Positions 10,745 through 18,878 of a DNA stretch of 54,589 nt are shown one piece after another; the stretch's first letter is position 1; each line of letters begins with the position of its first letter. Under the pieces are notes generated by a model. The model had not been told where the DNA came from and did not search any database. It saw nothing but the letters and a program-made list of their open reading frames with translations. The position numbers and the translations under genes were made by a program. This DNA is from Bacteroidia bacterium (GTDB lineage Bacteria > Bacteroidota > Bacteroidia > Flavobacteriales > Flavobacteriaceae), in NCBI GenBank assembly GCA_018679315.1, contig JAHHLF010000141.1, positions 1 to 54,589 on the forward strand. Reading direction: 5' to 3'.

Positions 10745-10776
10745 GAAATAAAAAAAGCGCCAAGATGGCGCTTTAA
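10745..10776 (-). terminator. Rho-independent terminator after the dodecin gene
   Basis: An 8-bp stem aaagcgcc/ggcgcttt (10754-10761 / 10767-10774) encloses a 5-nt loop. On the minus strand it is followed by a T-run (A-run 10748-10756 on plus). Confidence 0.7.
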
Positions 10777-10795
10777 AAGATCGGGTTATTTTTAG

Positions 10796-10996
10796 TTAGT
10801 TTACTTCAAAAGTGATCTTAACGTTTACTCGATAATCATCAACTTCCCCATCTTTAACCGTCGCGCTTTGCTCATTTACATATACTGAACGGATATTCTT
10901 GACGGATTTTGAGGCATGTTTTACTGCCTTTGACGTTGCATCTTCCCAGCTCTTTTCAGAGTTGGCAAGAACTTCTATAACTTTTAATACTGCCAT
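10796..10996 (-). CDS. Dodecin-family flavin-binding protein
   Basis: This 66-aa protein (MAVLKVIEVLANSEKSWEDA...YRVNVKITFEVN) matches the dodecin fold pattern in length and sequence. A good terminator lies downstream. Confidence 0.8.
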   Translation of the reverse strand: MAVLKVIEVLANSEKSWEDATSKAVKHASKSVKNIRSVYVNEQSATVKDGEVDDYRVNVKITFEVN

Positions 10997-11068
10997 AATG
11001 GTCTATGTTTTACGAATTATCCTTAAAGAAACGAAGAAAAGGAGTAATTACCAAGATAATGCAGGCCT

Positions 11069-11959
11069 TTAACCGTTCATCGCAAAAACTTCTTCTACTT
11101 TGTCGCCAAGCATATTTTTGAGCATCTGTTCTATCCCATTTTTTAAGGTATATGTAGAGGATGGGCATCCGCTGCAGGCTCCTTGTAATATCACACTAAC
11201 AACCTTAGAGTCAGGATTATAAGATTGAAATAGTATATTTCCTCCATCCATAGCTACAGCCGGTTTTACGTATTGCTCAAGAATGGTGATGATCTCTTGT
11301 GAAGTATCGTCAAGTTCACTGGTATTTTCGGGTGCAGTGACCGCTTGCACCGGTGTAGCTGTATCGCTGACAACTATCCCGCCATTGGTAATATAATCTC
11401 TGATAAATTCCCTCAAATCCATTGTTATTTCATCCCACTCGGCACTTTCATTTTTTGATACGGAGACGTAATTCTCATCCAAAAATACCTGGGAAACAAA
11501 GGATTTCTCAAAAAGTACTTCGGCTAATCCTGTTTGGGCGGCTTCTTCCATTGATTTAAACTCATACATCTGGTCTACAAGCCTTTTATTCGCCACAAAC
11601 TTCATCACGGCCGGATTAGGTGTAACTTCCGCGTATAAAGTGATGGCTTTCATAGAGTTAGATTCAGTTTCACTAAGAATAGCACCCCCGGCGTTTAAAT
11701 ATTCGACTACTTGTTGTGCAACTTCATCCTTAACATCATCCCATTCTACAATGGAAAAGCGTTCCAGGATCAAGGCTTCGGGCAGTATTTGAACCGATTT
11801 AATAAAAGGGAGGTAGAATAGTTGCTGTGCCAGGGGAGAAGCCTTGGCCTCATCTATATTCGTATAAGTGTGATTCTCCTTCGACAGCGGCTGATTTACA
11901 TGAAATTTCAGAAGACTTGGTTCCGACATTGCCTCCAGGCGGATAACGTACTCGCTCAT
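11069..11959 (-). CDS. NifU/Nfu-family iron-sulfur cluster protein (two Nfu_N-like domains plus a NifU C-terminal domain)
   Basis: N-terminal Nfu-type modules are repeated (PNPAVMKF, SPLA..LF). The C-terminal module carries the CSGCPSS cluster-binding motif. Confidence 0.85.
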   Translation of the reverse strand: MSEYVIRLEAMSEPSLLKFHVNQPLSKENHTYTNIDEAKASPLAQQLFYLPFIKSVQILPEALILERFSIVEWDDVKDEVAQQVVEYLNAGGAILSETESNSMKAITLYAEVTPNPAVMKFVANKRLVDQMYEFKSMEEAAQTGLAEVLFEKSFVSQVFLDENYVSVSKNESAEWDEITMDLREFIRDYITNGGIVVSDTATPVQAVTAPENTSELDDTSQEIITILEQYVKPAVAMDGGNILFQSYNPDSKVVSVILQGACSGCPSSTYTLKNGIEQMLKNMLGDKVEEVFAMNG

Positions 11960-12077
11960 AGCTTATATTTTGGTCAAAAATACGATCTATTTACCACTTG
12001 TCATAGACATAATAATGTCTGCATTCACCCGTTATAGTTTATATTTGACCAAAGCCATGCAGATCTGCATCCCTTCA

Positions 12078-13079
12078 ATGAAAAACCTTTCCCTGGCCTT
12101 TGTTTTTTGTTTTTTATCCTGGCAAACTGCACATTCTCAGGAAGGTATACCCGTATATTTTGATTATCTCTCAGACAATTACTACCTGGTGCACCCGTCT
12201 ATGGCGGGTATCGGTGAAGGTGGTAAGATCCGACTTACAGCCAGAAAGCAGTGGTTTGATGTGGATGAGGCTCCTAATCTTCAGACGATTAATTTCCATT
12301 ACAGGGTTGCTGATAAACCCAGTGGTCTTGGAGCGATCATTTTTAATGATGCCAATGGGTATCACTCACAAACAGGTCTAAAAGTTACCTATGCACATCA
12401 TTTGAGATTTGGGTCGGATGCCAGATTTTTAAATCAATTGTCATTCGGTTTAAGTACCGGGTTTATACAAAGCAGCCTGGATGAAACCGAATTCCGTTCG
12501 GTGATCCCAGATCCTATAGTGACCGGCGTTAAAACGAGCGTAGGCTATTTCAACGTAGACTTTGGAATGTCCTATAACTACCTGGAATTCTATGCACACG
12601 CTACCGTATTAAATGGATTGGGGAGTGGACGAGACCTGTATACGGCAATTGAATTTGACAATTTGAGGCGCTATGTCATGCAAACGGGCTATTATTTTGG
12701 GCGGGGTGATTGGCGGATCGAACCTTCGGTCTTGTTTCAATTCACTGAATTCACCAGGGAAAAAACGATCGACTTTAATGCCAAAGTGTACAGGAGGATG
12801 GACTTCGGTACAATTTGGGGCGGACTCTCATTCCGACGAGGATTTGATGGCGCCCAGTTTTTGGCAAACGGTCAATTCGGGGAACAACGCCTGCAGCTTT
12901 TTACGCCTATAGCCGGTGTTAATTTGAAGAATTGGATGTTTTCCTATAATTATTCGTACCAGTCTGGCGATATTCGCCTGGATAGTGGTGGATTTCACCA
13001 GATCACTATTGGATATGAATTTGGACAAACAGATAGTGATTCCCGTTTAGATTGTTTCTGTCCGGCTGCCAATTACTAA
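12078..13079 (+). CDS. T9SS membrane protein, PorP/SprF family (orphan copy)
   Basis: The signal peptide MKNLSLAFVFCFLSWQTAHSQ starts at the ATG at 12078. It shares family landmarks with 22928..23929 (RKQWFDVDEAP vs RSQWIDIPGAP; GLGAIIFND vs GIGLNIVSD; C-terminal GGFHQITIGYEFG vs SGSHEVILKFYLG). Confidence 0.72.
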   Translation: MKNLSLAFVFCFLSWQTAHSQEGIPVYFDYLSDNYYLVHPSMAGIGEGGKIRLTARKQWFDVDEAPNLQTINFHYRVADKPSGLGAIIFNDANGYHSQTGLKVTYAHHLRFGSDARFLNQLSFGLSTGFIQSSLDETEFRSVIPDPIVTGVKTSVGYFNVDFGMSYNYLEFYAHATVLNGLGSGRDLYTAIEFDNLRRYVMQTGYYFGRGDWRIEPSVLFQFTEFTREKTIDFNAKVYRRMDFGTIWGGLSFRRGFDGAQFLANGQFGEQRLQLFTPIAGVNLKNWMFSYNYSYQSGDIRLDSGGFHQITIGYEFGQTDSDSRLDCFCPAANY

Positions 13080-13081
13080 AA

Positions 13082-13113
13082 AAAGGCCCATCCCTGTATC
13101 AGAATAGGCCTTT
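13082..13113. terminator. Hairpin between convergent genes (possible bidirectional terminator)
   Basis: A 7-bp stem aaaggcc/ggccttt (13082-13088 / 13107-13113) has an A-run upstream and a T-rich stretch downstream. It lies between the 13079 and 13131 gene ends, and its loop is long (18 nt). Confidence 0.45.
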
Positions 13114-13130
13114 CTTCAAGTAATCCTTTT

Positions 13131-14294
13131 TTACTTATCCCATGTATAGTTTTTCTTTGAAGCCTGTCTCTTTATGGCATTTAACATGGCGTTTTCCAAT
13201 TCACCTTTTTGTTGGTCCTGCTGCTCAGCAATATATACCTTGCGTTTAGAATTAAGCTCTTGAATTTTTTTCTGAATTTCAGAACGGTCCTTCTTCTTTT
13301 CCTTGATATACGCTTCAAGTTGCGCTTCACTTTTTTGCCTGAGTGCCGGGGGTAATCCTTCTTTGTCAATTTTTCCCAGATCAAAATCGCGTTCTGCTGA
13401 AGCGTCTACAAGATCCCAGCTGGAATTATTGTACAATCTGGAACTTTTGCTCACTGCTCGTTTTACCGCCACCGCTTCTTCCATTTCCATTGCATTATCG
13501 TCCTGGGCTACCTGAGCAGCACTCTTATATGCCCCTCTCGCTCCATACGCGATATAGGTCTTGTTCAATTTGGCATTCAGCTTGATAATGATATCATCAT
13601 ATGGAGTCGTGATTTGAACTACATGTTTATTGTGATCAATGGCCATATATTCCCCGCCTGTCATCAAGGCACCTTTCTGCCATTGTGTTTGAATACCCTG
13701 GTGGTAATCCCCACAGAAAATAGTATTTACAACAACATCCTTTTCCTTGGCCTGACTGGCCGCATCGCGGTAGTCCAGTTTACCCTGAGTGAAAGGTTCA
13801 TTCCCGGCAATAAAGATCATCTTCAGATCATCGGGATTTGATCCCCAATCCAATTGACGTAAGGAAGTATGGATCACCTGACCACAGTATTCCTCGCCTC
13901 CATTGGTGCTTAAAGAAAAGAGTCGCTCTGAAATTTTATCAAGATCACTACTGAATCCGATTACCTGTTGGATATATCCTTCACGGGAAGAAAGATTGTC
14001 GTTCCCATATTGGTAGAGAGCGATCTCGAGCCTGGGTCGTTCATGATTACCACACCTGGCATAGGTAAATTCATTTACAATATCCCATAATTGTGCTTTG
14101 GCCTGATTGATGAGTCCGTCCATACTGTTACTCGTATCTAAGAGCAATGCGATCCGTACACGTTGTTTAGACATTTTTAAATGCGTAAGCTCACTACTTT
14201 TTAAAGGTTGTACCTCATAATCGGGAGCCCATGACCCCATCACAAAAAGTAACATACTAAGTGAGAGAAATTGGCTTGTTCTTTTGAGTTTCAT
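13131..14294 (-). CDS. Secreted von Willebrand factor A (vWA) domain protein with a C-terminal coiled-coil
   Basis: The signal peptide begins at MKLKRTSQFLSLSMLLFV (ATG at 14294). It has the MIDAS motif LLLDTSNSMDG and a Lys/Glu/Gln-rich helical tail. Confidence 0.82.
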   Translation of the reverse strand: MKLKRTSQFLSLSMLLFVMGSWAPDYEVQPLKSSELTHLKMSKQRVRIALLLDTSNSMDGLINQAKAQLWDIVNEFTYARCGNHERPRLEIALYQYGNDNLSSREGYIQQVIGFSSDLDKISERLFSLSTNGGEEYCGQVIHTSLRQLDWGSNPDDLKMIFIAGNEPFTQGKLDYRDAASQAKEKDVVVNTIFCGDYHQGIQTQWQKGALMTGGEYMAIDHNKHVVQITTPYDDIIIKLNAKLNKTYIAYGARGAYKSAAQVAQDDNAMEMEEAVAVKRAVSKSSRLYNNSSWDLVDASAERDFDLGKIDKEGLPPALRQKSEAQLEAYIKEKKKDRSEIQKKIQELNSKRKVYIAEQQDQQKGELENAMLNAIKRQASKKNYTWDK

Positions 14295-14501
14295 AACTGA
14301 TTTTTTAATGATTAACAGGATAAAGCTAAGGCGATAAAACATCGCAAAAAACCGCCAATGAGGGAAGTGGCCGTTTCATTGAGGGAATGGACCCAACCGG
14401 CTCGTAAAGGCCTGTTTTTGGGCATTTTCAGGCTCCTTTTTGAATGTATACCGTTTTTTAGTACGGCATAAATGCCCTAAGTTTATACTGATTTTGTACC
14501 G

Positions 14502-16484
14502 ATGAAAAAGAATTGGATCATAGTATGTATTGGAGTTTTATTCGTGTCTACCGCATGGGGTCAGGAGGAACGCACGGCTGCCAAAAAAAGACCGGTGGTT
14601 GCAGCAGACCAGGCTTTGGAAACTGATGCACGACAGTGGTCTCATTCCGAACTCCTGGATTCGGCGCGGGTGTTTCAGGAAACAAATATTGAAAAGAGCA
14701 TAGACTATGTAGCCCGCTCACTAACCCAATTGGGAAGAGCTGCTTCCCAGGATGAACAAGCTTCCTCTTTTGCGTTGCTCGGCGATGTATATAAATATCA
14801 CGGTCAGTATGATCTGGCCATCGCTAATTACACTAATGCCTTACGTTCTTCAGAGGACCTCAATGTGTTATTGTCCTTAGGTCGGACCTATTTGATCACA
14901 GGAGATTATGAACAAGCCCGGACCAATTTTCTTCGGGGATTGGAAATGGGCTCACGTGTTCCCTACCGCCAAATTCAGCTTTACGAAGGGCTGGGAGACG
15001 CATATAAGGCAGAGGGGAATAAATCGGCTGCCTTAGAAGCCTATGAAAAAGGGTTGGCACTGGCAGTACAGAATAATATCACTCCAAAGCAGGCCGACTT
15101 AAATTCCAGGAAGGCAGATCTGTATGCAGACTATAATGAGCCTGCAAAGGCGGAAGAACTTTATGACAGTTCTTTACAATTGGCTTCGGAGGAATCTCCT
15201 CAGCGTAGTGTTCGCGAGAAGGAGAAGGTAGCTGATTTCTATAATAAGAACCAGAATTTTGATGAGGAGATCAAGCTTAGAAAAGAAAGCCTTGATGACA
15301 TTAAGCAGTTGCCACCATCTGCACAAAATGAAGCTGGCGTTCCCATGGATGCACAGGTGAGTTCTCAGGCAATTAATTATAAGATCGCCAATGCGTATAT
15401 CGCCCAGGAAAAAGATGCAGAGGCAATTCCATTTTTGGAAGAAAGCATTGAAACGGCCGAGAGCGAAGATGATCTGGAGATTCAAAAAGATGCCACGCGT
15501 AAACTTTCTGAGGTATACGGCAGGCAGGGGGAATTCACTAAAGCACTTGAAACCTACCAGACCTATGTAGCCGTTGTAGACACCTTGTATAAAAGAAAGG
15601 AAGAAGAGATCGCCAGTGCCCAACGATTAACCAGTCAGATCCTTGCCCAGCAAGGGCGAATTACCGGATTAGAGCAGGAAAGGGAGCTTTCTATGAGCAA
15701 ATATGATCTGGCAGTGACACAGCAACAACTGGTGGAAGAAACAAATAAGCGACAACAATGGCTTATTTACTCCCTCTTATTTGGGTTGATCTTAATGGCC
15801 TTGGCAGCTTTCTTTTTTTACCGGGCAAATCGCCAGCAACAATTTGCCAATAATTTGCTGGCCCTGAGATCGCTTCGGACACAAATGAACCCGCATTTTA
15901 TTTTTAATGCACTGAATTCCGTAAATAATTATATCGCCAAGAACGATGAACGAAGTGCGAATAAGTATTTAAGTGATTTCTCTGCCCTAATGCGCTCCGT
16001 CCTGGAGAACTCAGAAGAGGATTTTATTCCCTTACAAAAAGAAATAGAACTACTAAAGCTATACCTGGAATTAGAACACAGTCGCTTCCCCGATAAATTT
16101 GATTATAAAGTTGATATTGATCCAAAGATCGATATAGAATCTTTTCAGATCCCGCCCATGCTTTTGCAACCTTACATTGAGAATGCCATTTGGCACGGAT
16201 TGCGATACAAGGAAGAGAAGGGATACTTAAAGGTGCAAATGATCAACCTGGATTCTGCCAATATTGAGATCCGGATCGAAGACAATGGTATTGGCAGAAA
16301 ACGTTCCGTCGCTTTAAAGACAGAACACCAGAATAAGAAAATATCTAAAGGTATGAGCACGACTAAAAAAAGGGTAGCCATACTCAATAAGATGTATGAT
16401 GATAAAGTAGATATCAGTATTGATGATCTGAAAAAGGACGAAACAGGTACGGTTGTTGTACTTCGGATAAAAAAAGATCGATGA
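14502..16484 (+). CDS. Sensor histidine kinase, LytS/YehU type, with extracytoplasmic TPR repeats
   Basis: It has a signal peptide, TPR-like repeats, a coiled-coil and one TM (WLIYSLLFGLILMALAAFFFY). These are followed by the His_kinase H-box NPHFIFNALNSV and an ATPase domain. Confidence 0.88.
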   Translation: MKKNWIIVCIGVLFVSTAWGQEERTAAKKRPVVAADQALETDARQWSHSELLDSARVFQETNIEKSIDYVARSLTQLGRAASQDEQASSFALLGDVYKYHGQYDLAIANYTNALRSSEDLNVLLSLGRTYLITGDYEQARTNFLRGLEMGSRVPYRQIQLYEGLGDAYKAEGNKSAALEAYEKGLALAVQNNITPKQADLNSRKADLYADYNEPAKAEELYDSSLQLASEESPQRSVREKEKVADFYNKNQNFDEEIKLRKESLDDIKQLPPSAQNEAGVPMDAQVSSQAINYKIANAYIAQEKDAEAIPFLEESIETAESEDDLEIQKDATRKLSEVYGRQGEFTKALETYQTYVAVVDTLYKRKEEEIASAQRLTSQILAQQGRITGLEQERELSMSKYDLAVTQQQLVEETNKRQQWLIYSLLFGLILMALAAFFFYRANRQQQFANNLLALRSLRTQMNPHFIFNALNSVNNYIAKNDERSANKYLSDFSALMRSVLENSEEDFIPLQKEIELLKLYLELEHSRFPDKFDYKVDIDPKIDIESFQIPPMLLQPYIENAIWHGLRYKEEKGYLKVQMINLDSANIEIRIEDNGIGRKRSVALKTEHQNKKISKGMSTTKKRVAILNKMYDDKVDISIDDLKKDETGTVVVLRIKKDR

Positions 16485-17212
16485 AATTAAGAGCAATACT
16501 CATAGAAGACGAGGCTAACAGCCGGGAAATATTGCGGAATTACCTGTCAAAATATTGTCCTGATGTGGGCTTGTTAGGTGAGGCATCCTCTATTCAGGAA
16601 GGGTTGACTTTGATTGATGTGCATGATCCTGACCTGGTATTCCTGGATGTAGAAATGCCATTTGGTAATGCCTTTGACTTGTTGGATCAATTACCAGAGC
16701 GGTCATTTGAAACAGTTTTTGTGACTGCATATGATCATTATGCAAAGGATGCACTAAACAATCAGGCGGCCTATTACCTGACCAAGCCAATTTCTATTGA
16801 AGAATTGATCAAGGCTGTGGCACTTGTGAAGGAAATACGTGAAAAGGAAAGTGTACTACATGACACGGTTTTACCCGCCACAATAACACAAGTACAAGGA
16901 AAACTTACCTTACCCCAATTGGATGGATTTATCGTTTTAAATACGAATGAAATCCTTTATTGTAAAGCAGATGACAATTATACTGAGATCTTTCTTGCTG
17001 AAAAGAAACATCTTGCAAGTAAGACACTGCGATATTTTGAAGAAGCTCTTGAGGCCTATCCCTTCGCCAGGATACATAAATCTTTTCTGGTCAATGTCAA
17101 TGAGATAGTAAAATACCACAGGGGAAAAGGAGGGAGTGTCGTACTGTCTAATGGGAAGGAGATCCAGGTTGCTGCTTCGAGAAAAAAGGAATTGCTATCT
17201 TACTTTCAATAA
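16481..17212 (+). CDS. LytR/AlgR-family response regulator (receiver plus LytTR DNA-binding domain)
   Basis: The receiver shows LIEDE...DLVFLDVEMP. The LytTR module shows FARIHKSFLVNVNEIVKY. An ATGA overlap joins it to the kinase gene. Confidence 0.9.
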   Translation: MKLRAILIEDEANSREILRNYLSKYCPDVGLLGEASSIQEGLTLIDVHDPDLVFLDVEMPFGNAFDLLDQLPERSFETVFVTAYDHYAKDALNNQAAYYLTKPISIEELIKAVALVKEIREKESVLHDTVLPATITQVQGKLTLPQLDGFIVLNTNEILYCKADDNYTEIFLAEKKHLASKTLRYFEEALEAYPFARIHKSFLVNVNEIVKYHRGKGGSVVLSNGKEIQVAASRKKELLSYFQ

Positions 17213-17237
17213 TCCAGACTTACAAGTTTAAAGACAT

Positions 17238-17744
17238 ATGATAATAGCGGTAAGAGGGATCACTCCGGTGATCGGGACGGATTGCTTTATAGCCGAGAAC
17301 GCCACAATAGCCGGCGAGGTTGTTATGGGTGATCAATGTAGTATATGGTTTAACGCCGTTATCCGAGGCGATGTACATTATATTAAAATGGGAAATAAAG
17401 TAAATGTGCAGGATGGCGCTGTGATCCATTGTACGTACCAAACCTCACCTACAGAGATCGGGAATAATGTATCTATCGGCCATAATGCCATTGTACACGG
17501 TTGTACATTACATGATGATGTTCTTGTAGGTATGGGGAGTATTATCATGGACGATTGTGTGGTAGAAAGCAATTGTATTATTGCGGCAGGTGCTGTGCTT
17601 ACTAAGGGAACACATGTTCCGGCAGGCAGTGTGTACGCAGGTATGCCTGCTCGCAAAATAAAAGATATAGACCCCACGCTCAGTGATGGGGAGATCAAAC
17701 GAATTGCCAATAATTATATCCTCTATTCCAGTTGGTTTAAATAG
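17238..17744 (+). CDS. Gamma-carbonic-anhydrase-like hexapeptide-repeat protein (YrdA/PaaY family)
   Basis: It has left-handed beta-helix hexapeptide repeats with the conserved WFNAVIRGD and HGC motifs, 168 aa in total. Confidence 0.85.
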   Translation: MIIAVRGITPVIGTDCFIAENATIAGEVVMGDQCSIWFNAVIRGDVHYIKMGNKVNVQDGAVIHCTYQTSPTEIGNNVSIGHNAIVHGCTLHDDVLVGMGSIIMDDCVVESNCIIAAGAVLTKGTHVPAGSVYAGMPARKIKDIDPTLSDGEIKRIANNYILYSSWFK

Positions 17745-17826
17745 GAGAACATATCAATTCGGGCATCTGCAGATAGGATGGAATACTGGGTAGATTTCCA
17801 TATTTTTGCCGCTTAAATCACAATAA

Positions 17827-18708
17827 ATGAAAGCATATATATTTCCCGGGCAGGGAGCTCAATTTTCGGGGATGGGCCTTGATCTTTATGAGGGCTACGA
17901 ATTAGCTCAGCAGCGATTTGAAGAAGCCAATGAAATTTTGGGCTTTTCAATAACCGATGTTATGTTCGAAGGAAACCCTGAAGATCTCAAGCAGACTAAA
18001 GTTACCCAGCCGGCGATTTTTTTGCACTCTGTAATAATGTCTGAGGTAATGGGCGATTCGTTCAAACCTGCAATGGTAGCCGGCCACTCCCTGGGAGAAT
18101 TTTCTGCCTTGGTAGCGAACAAGACGCTTGGCTTTGAAGATGGATTGAAATTAGTCTCTAAAAGGGCCATGGCAATGCAGCGGGCATGTGAAGCTCAGGA
18201 AAGCACCATGGCAGCTGTACTAGGTCTGGAGGATGAGGTTGTGGAAAAGATATGCGAAGATACGGCGGGCATTGTCGTCCCTGCAAATTATAATTGTCCG
18301 GGACAACTCGTTATATCGGGAGAACTGGAAGCTGTGAACGCAGCCTGTGAAAAAATGAAGGAAGCAGGCGCAAGAAGAGCCCTTTTGCTGCCTGTTGGGG
18401 GAGCTTTTCACTCTCCCTTGATGGAGCCTGCAGCTGCGGAACTTGCCGAAGCTATTGAAGGTGTTACCTTTGCTTCACCTATATGCCCTGTCTATCAAAA
18501 TGTACCCACTACGGCGATACTTGATCCCGAAGCCATCAAAGCTAACATGATCGCTCAATTGACTGCACCTGTAAAATGGACACAAAGTGTCGAAAATATG
18601 GTCATGGATGGGGCTCGTACATTCATAGAAGTAGGTCCAGGAAAGGTTCTGCAAGGTTTGGTGAGAAAAATAGATAGTTCTGCCGAATTTGATGTTGCAT
18701 TAATCTAA
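17827..18708 (+). CDS. fabD: ACP S-malonyltransferase
   Basis: It carries FPGQGAQ, active-site GHSLGEFSA and GAFHSPLM motifs, 293 aa in total. Confidence 0.93.
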   Translation: MKAYIFPGQGAQFSGMGLDLYEGYELAQQRFEEANEILGFSITDVMFEGNPEDLKQTKVTQPAIFLHSVIMSEVMGDSFKPAMVAGHSLGEFSALVANKTLGFEDGLKLVSKRAMAMQRACEAQESTMAAVLGLEDEVVEKICEDTAGIVVPANYNCPGQLVISGELEAVNAACEKMKEAGARRALLLPVGGAFHSPLMEPAAAELAEAIEGVTFASPICPVYQNVPTTAILDPEAIKANMIAQLTAPVKWTQSVENMVMDGARTFIEVGPGKVLQGLVRKIDSSAEFDVALI

Positions 18709-18878
18709 TAATCAGTCTTTTATGGGTAGAATGCGCATTTTATCTGAATTATTGAGTTTTACACCATTTTATTAGCTTATGGAACTGTTTTTTCTTATCA
18801 TTGATGTCCTGATACCATCGGCTACCAACCTAGAATACACATGAAAAAATTCAACACAAAATGAATTTCATGTAGCCT

